Assembly (NCBI GenBank): GCA_022780765.1
Contig: JALEUS010000054.1
Span: forward strand, 1 to 52,356
Reading direction: 5' to 3'
DNA from: Bacilli bacterium
GTDB lineage: Bacteria; Bacillota_I; Bacilli_A; RFN20; CAG-288
Length of the DNA stretch: 52,356 nt
The stretch's first letter is position 1. Every line of letters begins with the position of its first letter. The position numbers and the translations under genes are program-made. The notes under the pieces are model-generated. The model ran no database searches and was not told the origin of the DNA. It worked only from the letters and a program-made list of their open reading frames with translations. This document shows positions 26,901 to 35,275 of the stretch, piece by piece.

Positions 26901-27042
26901 CCACATCTATATCTTTATATATAGATTCGGGGAGATTTGATATGGAAGTGTCAGATGTTGGTTCACAGCTGGTTGCTAAAGGCATCAGCATTGAAGTCAA
27001 AACTGCTAGAGAGAATACTCTTATCTTTTTATTGTTTTTCAT
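20923..27042 (-). CDS. Giant surface lipoprotein (2039 aa): MBG-like modules, at least 8 Flg_new repeats, C-terminal Big_2-like Ig domain
   Basis: AGGAGG lies 10 nt upstream of the ATG. The signal peptide plus lipobox is MKNNKKIRVFSLAVLTSMLMPLATSC. MBG-like units include ..FTYDGNVKSI..VGSYVVTAHF.. and ..NPNYNDPSPITV... Flg_new hallmarks are YYFEGWY, YEFLGW, YEFVGW, YIFQGWYYGD, YSFLGWYYGD, YNLNGW, FIFVSW and YKFLYW. The C-terminus reads FSSDNAEVAIVSDDGVISCVGTGQATITVS (about 20944-21220). Confidence 0.9.
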   Translation of the reverse strand: MKNNKKIRVFSLAVLTSMLMPLATSCEPTSDTSISNLPESIYKDIDVEFKDQTFTYDGNVKSISCDESKLPAGVKVTYTNNGKTQVGSYVVTAHFTSSDNSILYKDKTARLIIKAPEDQSLDWYSMIAFNGATFNYDGKSHSIFIDGDDSSQLWKTFIPEGFALRYEGNNQVQAGKHIVKAIIYNEKTNTPHYQLSACMTINKINYDIEEIKSKLVFNADDVSFGDNGEKYYNFGYVAGRVNRLEIIDGLSKDLTPFYQNNERESDGVQVVTIYFTNSNPNYNDPSPITVNMRVRISEGVRISFYHNQTEVLESISFEKGKNCPWGKSELIKMVQSKDIAKGYTVSLSQEQEWKLIQVTIDQKINFTFEPNRYYVTYNLSNFSENNNSLSYLYGEEISLQNPVVNEGYYFEGWYLRPDYSISSKIESLGSVPSDINVYGRVIRNNTASMTLNSKKYVYDGQPHTLQVGLVPEGVNVTYKYEKLEKTSDDPTDYSVISTPLVGAYPTEIGNYKVTASFTDNKGTKYCSDLVAFLSIVKNTYLDEMSFPDSSFTYNDSVKDIPYVRNVPDGVAVSYKYYTYDKDDNLIIYCPDFDDAVVDSTHIKAVPEKPGNYLVEATFNTPSTFEKIDNMYANLFIDKIRLTVDSSRVFPNQSEGFANGKEVSMQFYGEYLPTDPVLGRLVELDHLSNDKRSEVGSQEVTAYLKATHPEYYYDPEPITATLTVTLSSSYHVRFFYVKDLAGTTELISDSYVASNSPISYPYIDMKSEMVKGGLKFVTGNDAYFTEEYFNSFIQRWAPCDEYGHIIPGASNLENITADTDFVLTYIPRAYTIDFEVENGMKINPIKYYAYHPYYSQFYINENQSSTSEIIYNGFELNAASVLSATPNNNYEFLGWQEKGNYKLYDGKYIDYVGTCPGSKREGDIGWSTKNSINGRPYTFDYGDHTLVADIRGKKTEIQFYYIDKDNGNEVHLDTTVGEKGYFKNTTVRVGYPYGFDYSSMLVDDGIETVEKLLQYDDFRYSQVSGNQTYNDQLLTFDGFYDIYGNKIDRKTVVDSSFVGTHKIYLRWKVKEVTVTFIPGLGLSSETMYWNYEDTITSKDGNEPGSVDLLANPSVDGYEFVGWLYYTNTPENQWEVKIYDTFTSDTNLITRNESTKKSIKDIFTGHSDSVNVYGCWKMKSIKVSFEKENTDDPDFNVKNGASTIYVYGSDSSTTGLAKQTYDTHYSKALPELIPVTTDLTGSVEFTESGFGKYIFQGWYYGDTKIEKGTIIDFSDANDQIILKPRFARKDYTITYILNNGAVNDVKTQTLSYDSTFVLPDFENPVGCQKYTIKLYWDDNSSTENRGNPIEEFTFVPQGQAGYDDSKNLVGKSLKSIDTTTEISTKLKKYSGIVAVLSWIGDEVIIDFQDEGGVSCQKENGAIISSRKSLFTNRYNQVTGSADDTPLEIPYKKGYSFLGWYYGDKRIEDTSIIQSNDSSLPTEIIDGVTYKKIVLRASWEALEFNITLVPDNGTNSVTVKVRYNDRFALPINYVKTGYNLNGWVVEGDTEGKILKDAFEYNYTKDITIKANWVAKKYRAEFMDINGAFKKFINVSYGEKFDSIFRDGTSYLDFFTGDGGLDSTKAYAVDENVPEFILSTGAIVNLTTYVCTDDLTDGSTIRLTAYGRPKTFSIIYNSNRSGDIDNVTTVDPESSAKDEAVVMSVIYGEPFTPLSAPKRDGFIFVSWKYYLKDSQTGAISEISENRPIDFNKFNQISDVVALAQWKAIAYKVTFNFFNSADNPVYVYQAIVGDSATPTTNVYYGQVISAPDGTTQNLPKNYKFLYWQNSADSSFKLRSDQTFVFDKTENLTFNAVYQELYDEELHLLTYTLKVIKYDKSVIKTDTSVYVGKQIGGLEPYGKYTLQGHGNLIIEADSGGYITSPFTFFDDKGNTRNEITIVAVPTITDFTINKLSDITSRTYNSGENINIIQSGDLQFQSGAGIKPSEALSEKMFIFSSDNAEVAIVSDDGVISCVGTGQATITVSISGIKQTFKITVAERQNK

Positions 27043-27061
27043 CAGCTATATACCTCCTAAA

Positions 27062-30000
27062 CTACTGTCTTTCATTGAAGCAATCAATAAAGTACTGCGT
27101 ATTTCTTTCAGCTAAATCCTTAGGTGCATCATAGAGAATATTACCTAAATCTCTTGGTGAAGGATTGTCACTTGTAATCAACCTGAACTGAGTGAAGTCT
27201 AATACTGAGATGCTTCCTTCTCCACTTGGTTTAGCTTCCTCTTCAAGAAGGTAACCGTACCATTTGTCATTGACCTTATTGTTGTCATCTGACTTGACGA
27301 TGTTCTTCTTAAAGTCATCTAAGATACCTGTGTAGTTAATGGTGACATTCTTGATGTTTCCAGCTATCTGATACTTGATGAAAGTGTTGACTTTAAACTC
27401 GCTCACATTAGTAGATATCTGCACATCCTCTAAATTAGGACAGTAAGCGAAGGCTCCTTCATCGATTGTCGTCACAGCTGTTGGAAGAGAGATGCTTGAT
27501 AGACCGGTTCTTGCAAAAGCGTATTTACCGATGCTGGCTGTAGCATCTGACAGTGTGACAGTCACAAGAGAGCTAACTCCATAGAAACTGTAGTCTTTAA
27601 CAGATGACAGACCTAATGATGTGGCATCTAAAGATCTTAAGAGGTTTCCGTTGATATTCAGTTTGCACTCGGTCAGATTAGCTCTGTTATCATTTACAAA
27701 CTTAGATAGAGACATAGGGTTAGAGTATTTGCTCTTAAAGGTGATATTAGCCCACTCACCGATAGAACCGATGTAATCGACCTCTTCAAGATTGTTCTTT
27801 CTGATGAAATAGGTTCCATCTGTAAGACCACTGATCTTGCTAGCATTAGAGTTCCATCTCTCCAGCTTGATAGTTCCAGGTCCTGTTAAAAGATCTCTGT
27901 CATCATAGATTCTGAAGCAGTCCTCTTCAAAAGTTGTATAAGTATTAGCTATCTGTATCTTCTTGAGGTAAGAGAGGTTGATAAAGGCATATTTCTTGAT
28001 GGTGCTGACTGTAGAGTTAGTCAGGATGATATTATCATCATAGTTATCAGACATGGTGAGTCTCAAAGTCTGATTCTCTTTTCCGTAAGCGTCTTTGGTG
28101 TAGTAATTGTTCTTATATCCGCCTCCACCATCGCTGACCTTGCTGACCAAAGCCATAGGATTGCTGTTCTTGCTTAAGAAGTCGATAGACAACCAGTTTT
28201 CTGCTGTACCTAGGTAATTGATCCTGGTTAAAGAAGTAAACTCGTTTGTTATAGGCTCTCCATTAGCGTTAGCAAAGACGTTAGAATCGATGGTCTTGAT
28301 ATTGCTTGGAATTGTGATGCTCTTCAGTGAGTAATTTGTATTGTAGTATAAAGCTTCAATACCATTGTTAGCAGAGAAGATAGAACCGTTTAACAGTTTG
28401 ACAACCTGTTTGATGTTGTCAGTTCCATTCCAGTTACCATCGAAGTAGTAAGAAGGAATCCAAAGATTTGTCTTGTATAAGTCTGCATCAGTGTATATTC
28501 CTGAATCGAAACGCTCTTTGAGTTTAGCACCTCTAAATGACTCTAAAGCAGTTCTATCGTTTCCTGAAGTAGAGGAATCGCTGAAGGTGAAGATATCATT
28601 AGCTGGATCAGCTTCTGTACGGTACAGGATACCGACATTGAAAACATTGCCGTGCTTCGCATAGTCGTAATAGATGTTTGATGAAGAGCTCTTCACGGCT
28701 CCATTGGAATCGATAAGATAGTAATTTGTCTGAGCATCTCTTCCGATTGAGAAGGCGTACACATCTGGTAAATCACCTTTCTGACTCTGCAAAACTATAG
28801 CGAATCTGTCAGGTGAGAGACCTAATTTATTAAGGAGTTTCAGCTGTATAGACTCGATACCTTTATCTTTATTACCGAGCATGATATCCTCAAACTTCTG
28901 ACCGTTCTTGATTGTGAAGTTGTACTCTTGAACGGCATCTTTGATATAACCGTCGCTTGAGATATCTCCGTTTCCTATATTGAACTTGATCTTGTATGAT
29001 TTCTGCTCATAGACTGCTTTGAAGTATACATAGTAGTATTGTGAATCATAGTTTAAATCACCAGCGCTTTTATCTATGGTTATGTAATTGAATTTGTCCA
29101 AAGTGAGATTTCCTGATTTGATGATGGTATCAGTTTCGTCAAAACCAGTTGGATCAGTCGGGTTACCTTTATCTACTGTGGTGTAACCTTTTCCTTGGAT
29201 AACTTTCCAACCGACGAAATCCATACCCTCTTTCTCTTCAGCACTCTGTAAAACAAAACTGGTTCCGAAAGCTGTCTTGACGACAGATAAAGGATTAGCA
29301 TAATTACCAGAAGAATCTAAATAGTAGATAGTGACATCCTTAGGCTCTCTTACAATCGATGCTGAGATGTTTGTGTAAGATGGATCGTTAGCAATTATGT
29401 CTTTAAGCTCTGTTAAGGAAACTGTCTTTGTCTTGTTTCTGGTATTTCCATCCAGGACATAATAATCATTCTCAGGTTTGACATAGAGAGCTTTGTAAGA
29501 TATGGTGACCTTCCACTGACCGGTCTTGTAACCATTGACATTCTCAATAGCAGGCAAGATCTTTCTCTCTATTGTTGTAGCAGATGAACAGAACTCAAAG
29601 ATGACATTGTTGTTTACATCAGTTGAAACTCTGTATCCACCTTTTGATTCAGGATCAGCAAAAAAGTTTTTCACATCTTCAGTAGCATTGAAAGGCACTT
29701 CTCTTAAAAGAGAGAATCTCTCACCACTGCTTCCTGAACCTGAGAAAGTGAACACCAGAGGATTCTCAGTGTAAACAGCCATGATATAGATGTCTTGATT
29801 CTTCACATCGTATGGAGTGTAAACATCCGCATTCTTAGTGTATAAGGTAGTAAAATCAACTTTACTATCTCTGTTGATTGTTGCTTCCACATAGTTTCCT
29901 GCGGATGTCTTCTGGTAGAGAATCTCTCCAGGATTGTAATTTGTTGTACCAGCAATCAAAGAAGGCTGAGTGGTTCTGACCCACTTCTTAAATGTGCTAC

Positions 30001-33000
30001 CATCCAAAGTAGGATCGTTTAAAATAATCATATTGTTTCCGTAAGTCTGTTTGATAGCAGCAGAGTTAAGCTTCTGCAAAACTTTCTGATTTACAAAACG
30101 ATCTCTTTTAACACTTACTAACTGCTCAGTATCTGTGTAAGTGTCAGTTCCTGGGATCTTGACGAAGGCATTTTCCTGAACAACAGTTCCTGAATCTGCG
30201 GATTTGCTTTGAATGATATTGTATCCGTAGAAGTTAGCATTGATTGTCAAAGCTGAGTAAGATACTGTCAAAACCATCGGATTTGACCAGGTGACTTTTC
30301 CACCGTTAGGTCCGTAGTTCTCAACAGTGGAGTCAACAACGATATCACTACCTGTCATTCTTGCACCATTTAAAGTGAATGCATTTGACGATGTCAATGT
30401 TCCATCGAAAATGGTGTTTGTTCCTGAGATAAGAGAGTTGATAGAGTATCCTGTTCTCTCTGGAATCTTATATAATCCATCTCCATCTACATAGGAGAGC
30501 TTCTTTCCTGTTCCGTTATCGTTATAGTAAAGATATGGATCGCTTGTCAAATATGTATCTAAGTAGAGAATAGAAGTGACTTCTCTTCCATCGTCAGCAT
30601 TGCTCTTGTATTCTATTTGAACACTGTATGTTTTCTCAACCCACACAGCATGCAGAATGATTATTCCGTTAGCATCGATATCATCGACCTGGATGTAATC
30701 AGCAGAAGTGATGATTTTTCCTTGATATGCGTAATCGGTGTTGACAACAAGATGAGTCGAAGCGTCTCTTTTAGATTTGTATGCTAAATTTGTTTTATTA
30801 GCTGCTATATAATCTCTATCTCTCACCCAACCAACAAAATCATATCCATCTCTATTTGGATACAAAGCAGCAGAGGGGAATCCGTTTCCAATAGATCCTT
30901 TGTACTTACCATTTAATACATCGTACTTCTCTTCGTCCCACTGATAGTACTCGATGGTGCAAGCTTTCTCTTTCAATCTTAAAACGACTGAGATATCCTT
31001 TGAAAACTCGAAGGCCATATTTCCATCGAAGATGGTCTGACTGCCGTTTTCATCGGTGTAGATCCATCCATCGTACTCATATCCTTTGTACTTTTCAGGT
31101 AAAGTGGCAGGAGCAGTAAAATTGAAAGTCTCTTTGTATCCTACTTCAACAAGATAGGGAACTCCATTATTGTAGATTCTCTCACCATCTTTATCTAAAA
31201 ATGTGACAGTGTATTTCTGTGATGCGTAGATGATAGCGATATCTATCTCTGTTTTTGCATCACCGACAGTGTTTGCAATCAGACTGTTTCTGAGATATGG
31301 AGTTAAAAATGATGTTGTGAATATCTCGACACTGGAGTTAATTGAAGCAGTATCTAAAACAGAGTTGATCGAATTCAGTCTGTAGAAATTTTTTAAAGAA
31401 TATCCATCTTTACTTAACTGATCTACAGAAGGCAAAGAGATGACCTGATCTGTCTTTGAATTGATGCTCACTTTGTTAGCTATCAGCTGTTTGCTGAAAT
31501 CATTGATTGGATGATCCATTCCTGTGATCTGATTGTTCATCTTCACAAAGTAATAATTCACTTTTATCTCATCAGCTACATATCTAGCTTCGATCACCTG
31601 ATTGCTGGAGTAGTTGAAAACATCGGTTAACTCAACCTTATTTCCTCCGATTATGTAATAGAAGCCATCGAATGAGTAACCCATCTTCTTAGCTTTCTCA
31701 CTTATTGCAGATATAAGCTCGCTGAGACTGTGATAAAGAGCATCAGCGTTTGAAGCAGTGGAGAAAGCACTGTCGTAACTGACATTGAAAGTGATAGATC
31801 TATCTACCCATGTGAATTTAGGTGATACACCATCGACATCTCCTTCTTTGAAGTTAGCGGTTATCTGATAGACAGATGCTTCCCACATAGCGTAGACATT
31901 GTGAGTCATAGCTGTGGTAACTATAGTAGATTCATCTATCATTACCTTCTCATTTGCCTGATTTACGATGTACCAGTACAGGAATGTATATCCCTGTCTT
32001 GTAGGCTTAGTTTCAGGGAAAAGATACTTCTCACCGACCACAACATCGATAGCGGCTATCTGATCATCGCTATCCTCGCTAGCTTTGAAGTAGATTGTAG
32101 GATTCTGAGTTGAGAACTTTGCATAAAGAACAATGTTCTGAAGCTTATCAGATCCGTAAATATCTATATATTTAGTACCGATGTTGACCTTCGTAGATTT
32201 AAAGTCGCTATCGGTGTACCATCCTAAGAAGACTGCACCTGAAAGAGTAGGCTCTTTAAGGGTGTCAGCAGATTCTATATTGTAAGTTGACAAATTCATC
32301 GAGTTGTCGGCTTGAGAATTGATGACGTACTTGATTGAGTAATCGTGCGGAACTTTGTGGATGACAAAAGTGACCTGAGGAGTTGTTCCATCAGTTGTTG
32401 TAGGAGGAGTGATTGCAGAGAGCTGTTCCTTTGCTCTGTTTATAGCAGCTTCATCTCTGTTTCCTGCTTCCCAATCCTCTAAAAGATAAAACACTTTATC
32501 GTATCCGGTGTAAGTCAAATCATCTCCTATTCTGGTTGGAATAGGAACAACTGAACCAGCTTCAATTGAATATCTCTGCATCTCAACAAGGTCTTTAGAC
32601 TCTTTAAAAATGACGATGCAGGAGTTGCTGCTGACGACGTAGTTGATGGAAATAGGCTTGGGATCCTCGATGTTCTTGTTGGTGTTCTTAAAATAGACTG
32701 TAGCTTTGAAATTACCAGATGAAGCTGACTTTTCTCCACTGTAGTGATCGATTGTCACACCCTCTGGAAAGTTAGGTAAATCCACGCCGACATATTTCAA
32801 AGAATAAGTCTTATTCTCCTCATATCTGAAAGCTACGGCAGTAGGTAAAGAAGGATTGACAGAGGAACCATCAGATGCTTCCCATTTGTTGAAATGATTG
32901 ACATCCTGTAAAAGATCATCGACTGTCGACTTCTTTATGACCATTCTGGATTTTATTGACTTGATAGTTTCAAAATTCTTGCTGCTAGCATCCTTTTCTG

Positions 33001-35083
33001 AGAAGGATACGATGACTTCATATTCTCCAGCATCGGTTGGTGCATTGTTGCTCTCAACAGAAGTCTCCAAGTTTTTATATGAGATGTGAGGGACAAATGG
33101 AAAATCATCGCTCACTGCATTAGAACGCAAAACAGTAAATCCAGACTGACTGGAAGGAAGCTGTCCTCTGTTGAATCTCCACACCTTGACTGCGACCTCT
33201 TTAGAAGTTCCATCATATGAGGTGACAAACTGATTCATCTGCTGATTGTAAACGAGGTTGTTAACTCCAGCTGCAGCTGTAAAGAGAGCTTTTATTTCAT
33301 CTCCGTTAGGATCTCTGAATGTATCATCAGCAGGTAAAGATCCTCCTATTATCGGAGTGTTCTCATCTTTAAAAGAGTGAACAGAAGCTCTGGTTATTGT
33401 TAGGATGCTCACCTGTTCAGCTAATGCTTTCTCTGTCTTTGATGAATCTTTGTAGACATTTAAGATAGCTCTGTAAGTTCCAACATCTTTAGGAGCACCA
33501 TTGATAGGAGTTCCATCTTCTTTCTCATACTTGAGTTCCTTGATCAAACCTAGATCAGAGGCGTTAGCTCCAAATATATCAACATTCTGCTCTAAACCAG
33601 TGTAAGATCTGACCTCATCCTTGATCTGGATATCAGGGCTCTGGCTTTGAGATCTGACTGTGAGATGAAGATTTCCAACACAGGTTCTCTGAGGTATCTT
33701 ATTGTCAGTGACCGTGATAGAGCCTTTAGCAAAAGCATCAGATATATCTTGGCTCTTGTTCTGATAGTAGATATCGTGACTGAAAAGTGAATCGAAAGCA
33801 TCTTTGTAGTCAGTCTTCCAAGTCCATCCATCGAAGATAAAGCCATCGTTCATCGATGGGGCTGAGATATCTATCTGCTCATCGTAAGTGTAAGTGACTT
33901 TCTCAATACCTACACCTTTGCTGGAATCTTTGTATTCATAAGTGATGCTGTATCTGATAGGAGAATAGATGACGCTTAAGACAATAGGGAGAGTCGACTG
34001 TTTGACATTGGTCACTGAATCGGTTGAAAACTCAACATCGTATGCGCCATTAGGTGCAACTTTGTCACTGTTGTTTCTGTCAGGGATCAAAGGGGGAAGA
34101 TCGCTCTTTTTCAAAGTACCGCCGATAGGAAGATAGATGGTGTATGGAGAAACGCTTGTATCGACAGCAGAATCTGTCTCTCTATTGTAGACCAGTGCGT
34201 TTGTTCCTAAGTATGAAGCGTACACTTCAACAGCTACCATCTCAGATGCATCCTTGACATCGATGACAGCTGTCATAGGCTGTGGATCGTTATAATTTGG
34301 ATTAGTTGATTTGAAAATCGCTGTAGCTGTCTGCGATCCCAGCTCAGATCTGGTGTGATTGCTTAAAGAATAAGTGATGGGAGCATTCTCATCCAAGCCT
34401 TCCAAAACAAGGGAGTGAGTTATTGGATTACCATCATCATCAGTCTCATAAGCGAACTCTCTGCTTTCAAAAGAGACATTGGACATATCGAAATCAGCTT
34501 TGATAATCTCCATAACCGTCGAGTACTGGTAGACTTCGAGGTTTGTCTTCTTATCCTTGATATAGACAGTAACAATATAGCTTCCTACATTTGTCTCATT
34601 GTTTTGACCCTCATATCTCGATACATCGTAACCATCAGGAATCGTGTTAGGATCTACCATAAGAGAATGAGCTTTTCCATCGTAGACAAATTTGGTTTTG
34701 TTTCCTTGGAACTTTAGATTCTTCCAGATGTTTGAACTATCCAGAGGATCGACGATATGCAAGGTGGCTTGTTTACTCTGATAGAGGGTTCCTTTGCCAT
34801 CCGAGAAAGAAGCAGTGACTTTGTAATCACCCACCTGAACAACAGCTCCAACATCGTAGCTGACTGTCACTCCTTCAGGAAGAGTTCCTGTTATCTCTAT
34901 GGCGTGTGGTTTGCCATCGTATACCACTGTTTTATCAAAGAACTCAACATCCAAAGGAACAGCGTTTACAACACTCTGTGTAGAGCTGTCGCTAGAATTA
35001 TTTGGATTAGTCGGTCCACATCCTGTCATAGCTAGCATCGAAGCTAAGACCGTCAAGCTAAATAATTTGTTCTTCTTCGACAT
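27062..35083 (-). CDS. Giant surface lipoprotein (2673 aa): MBG-like modules, at least 8 Flg_new repeats, C-terminal BspA-type LRR domain
   Basis: GGGAGG SD. The signal peptide plus lipobox is MSKKNKLFSLTVLASMLAMTGC. The N-terminal ~300 aa are colinear with the downstream paralog. Flg_new hallmarks are FIFDGW, AVFLGWY, YTFLYWY, YEYDGW, YDFVGW and MDFVGW. No LPXTG motif or C-terminal TM segment was seen. Confidence 0.9.
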   Translation of the reverse strand: MSKKNKLFSLTVLASMLAMTGCGPTNPNNSSDSSTQSVVNAVPLDVEFFDKTVVYDGKPHAIEITGTLPEGVTVSYDVGAVVQVGDYKVTASFSDGKGTLYQSKQATLHIVDPLDSSNIWKNLKFQGNKTKFVYDGKAHSLMVDPNTIPDGYDVSRYEGQNNETNVGSYIVTVYIKDKKTNLEVYQYSTVMEIIKADFDMSNVSFESREFAYETDDDGNPITHSLVLEGLDENAPITYSLSNHTRSELGSQTATAIFKSTNPNYNDPQPMTAVIDVKDASEMVAVEVYASYLGTNALVYNRETDSAVDTSVSPYTIYLPIGGTLKKSDLPPLIPDRNNSDKVAPNGAYDVEFSTDSVTNVKQSTLPIVLSVIYSPIRYSITYEYKDSSKGVGIEKVTYTYDEQIDISAPSMNDGFIFDGWTWKTDYKDAFDSLFSHDIYYQNKSQDISDAFAKGSITVTDNKIPQRTCVGNLHLTVRSQSQSPDIQIKDEVRSYTGLEQNVDIFGANASDLGLIKELKYEKEDGTPINGAPKDVGTYRAILNVYKDSSKTEKALAEQVSILTITRASVHSFKDENTPIIGGSLPADDTFRDPNGDEIKALFTAAAGVNNLVYNQQMNQFVTSYDGTSKEVAVKVWRFNRGQLPSSQSGFTVLRSNAVSDDFPFVPHISYKNLETSVESNNAPTDAGEYEVIVSFSEKDASSKNFETIKSIKSRMVIKKSTVDDLLQDVNHFNKWEASDGSSVNPSLPTAVAFRYEENKTYSLKYVGVDLPNFPEGVTIDHYSGEKSASSGNFKATVYFKNTNKNIEDPKPISINYVVSSNSCIVIFKESKDLVEMQRYSIEAGSVVPIPTRIGDDLTYTGYDKVFYLLEDWEAGNRDEAAINRAKEQLSAITPPTTTDGTTPQVTFVIHKVPHDYSIKYVINSQADNSMNLSTYNIESADTLKEPTLSGAVFLGWYTDSDFKSTKVNIGTKYIDIYGSDKLQNIVLYAKFSTQNPTIYFKASEDSDDQIAAIDVVVGEKYLFPETKPTRQGYTFLYWYIVNQANEKVMIDESTIVTTAMTHNVYAMWEASVYQITANFKEGDVDGVSPKFTWVDRSITFNVSYDSAFSTASNADALYHSLSELISAISEKAKKMGYSFDGFYYIIGGNKVELTDVFNYSSNQVIEARYVADEIKVNYYFVKMNNQITGMDHPINDFSKQLIANKVSINSKTDQVISLPSVDQLSKDGYSLKNFYRLNSINSVLDTASINSSVEIFTTSFLTPYLRNSLIANTVGDAKTEIDIAIIYASQKYTVTFLDKDGERIYNNGVPYLVEVGYKETFNFTAPATLPEKYKGYEYDGWIYTDENGSQTIFDGNMAFEFSKDISVVLRLKEKACTIEYYQWDEEKYDVLNGKYKGSIGNGFPSAALYPNRDGYDFVGWVRDRDYIAANKTNLAYKSKRDASTHLVVNTDYAYQGKIITSADYIQVDDIDANGIIILHAVWVEKTYSVQIEYKSNADDGREVTSILYLDTYLTSDPYLYYNDNGTGKKLSYVDGDGLYKIPERTGYSINSLISGTNTIFDGTLTSSNAFTLNGARMTGSDIVVDSTVENYGPNGGKVTWSNPMVLTVSYSALTINANFYGYNIIQSKSADSGTVVQENAFVKIPGTDTYTDTEQLVSVKRDRFVNQKVLQKLNSAAIKQTYGNNMIILNDPTLDGSTFKKWVRTTQPSLIAGTTNYNPGEILYQKTSAGNYVEATINRDSKVDFTTLYTKNADVYTPYDVKNQDIYIMAVYTENPLVFTFSGSGSSGERFSLLREVPFNATEDVKNFFADPESKGGYRVSTDVNNNVIFEFCSSATTIERKILPAIENVNGYKTGQWKVTISYKALYVKPENDYYVLDGNTRNKTKTVSLTELKDIIANDPSYTNISASIVREPKDVTIYYLDSSGNYANPLSVVKTAFGTSFVLQSAEEKEGMDFVGWKVIQGKGYTTVDKGNPTDPTGFDETDTIIKSGNLTLDKFNYITIDKSAGDLNYDSQYYYVYFKAVYEQKSYKIKFNIGNGDISSDGYIKDAVQEYNFTIKNGQKFEDIMLGNKDKGIESIQLKLLNKLGLSPDRFAIVLQSQKGDLPDVYAFSIGRDAQTNYYLIDSNGAVKSSSSNIYYDYAKHGNVFNVGILYRTEADPANDIFTFSDSSTSGNDRTALESFRGAKLKERFDSGIYTDADLYKTNLWIPSYYFDGNWNGTDNIKQVVKLLNGSIFSANNGIEALYYNTNYSLKSITIPSNIKTIDSNVFANANGEPITNEFTSLTRINYLGTAENWLSIDFLSKNSNPMALVSKVSDGGGGYKNNYYTKDAYGKENQTLRLTMSDNYDDNIILTNSTVSTIKKYAFINLSYLKKIQIANTYTTFEEDCFRIYDDRDLLTGPGTIKLERWNSNASKISGLTDGTYFIRKNNLEEVDYIGSIGEWANITFKSKYSNPMSLSKFVNDNRANLTECKLNINGNLLRSLDATSLGLSSVKDYSFYGVSSLVTVTLSDATASIGKYAFARTGLSSISLPTAVTTIDEGAFAYCPNLEDVQISTNVSEFKVNTFIKYQIAGNIKNVTINYTGILDDFKKNIVKSDDNNKVNDKWYGYLLEEEAKPSGEGSISVLDFTQFRLITSDNPSPRDLGNILYDAPKDLAERNTQYFIDCFNERQ
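27345..28420 (-). repeat. BspA-type LRR region of the 2673-aa protein, protein-level repeat (approximate bounds)
   Basis: Units include ..SLKSITIPSNIKTIDSNVFANA.., ..STIKKYAFINLSYLKKIQI.., ..SVKDYSFYGVSSLVTVTLSDATASIGKYAFARTGLSSISLPTAVTTIDEGAFAYCPNLEDV... Confidence 0.65.
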
Positions 35084-35136
35084 AAGCGTAATCCTCCCAA
35101 ATATTTAAACTTAAATATATACTTAAAATTCGATAT

Positions 35137-35165
35137 ATTATATTACAATATAGGGGAAAAATCAA
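35137..35165 (-). promoter_or_regulatory. Candidate sigma-A promoter of the giant-lipoprotein operon
   Basis: On the minus strand: -35 TTGATT (35160-35165), a 17-nt spacer, then a perfect -10 TATAAT (35137-35142). It lies about 50 nt upstream of the ATG at 35083. Confidence 0.55.
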
Positions 35166-35275
35166 GGCTGGCAGACCTTGCCAAGAAGGGGTAAAAGCAG
35201 GTAAAATCATGGCAAAAACAAAAGGATGATCCACCTGAAAAGCAGAGGGATCACCTCCCGTTTAAATCAGGAGTA
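35153..35275 (+). other. G+C-rich structured island in an otherwise extremely AT-rich divergent intergenic region (candidate leader RNA, sRNA or operator region)
   Basis: Possible helices: CAGGU(35198-35202)/ACCUG(35233-35237) stacked on AUCAU(35206-35210)/AUGAU(35226-35230); TGGCA/TGCCA (35169-35173/35179-35183); CCTCC(35254-35258)/GGAG(35270-35273). There is a direct repeat AAAAGCAG at 35192-35199 and 35239-35246. A plus-strand -10-like TACAAT lies at 35144-35149, just upstream. Confidence 0.3.

Noticed and set aside
35248-35258. GGATCACCTCC is identical to the 3' terminus of 16S rRNA, which could suggest an rRNA gene fragment.
   Set aside because: The flanking sequence shows none of the conserved helix-45 context (no GTAACAAGGTAGCCGTA.. 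/ GAAGGTGCGGCTG preceding it). An 11-nt match alone does not make an rRNA remnant. It is treated instead as part of the regulatory-island finding.
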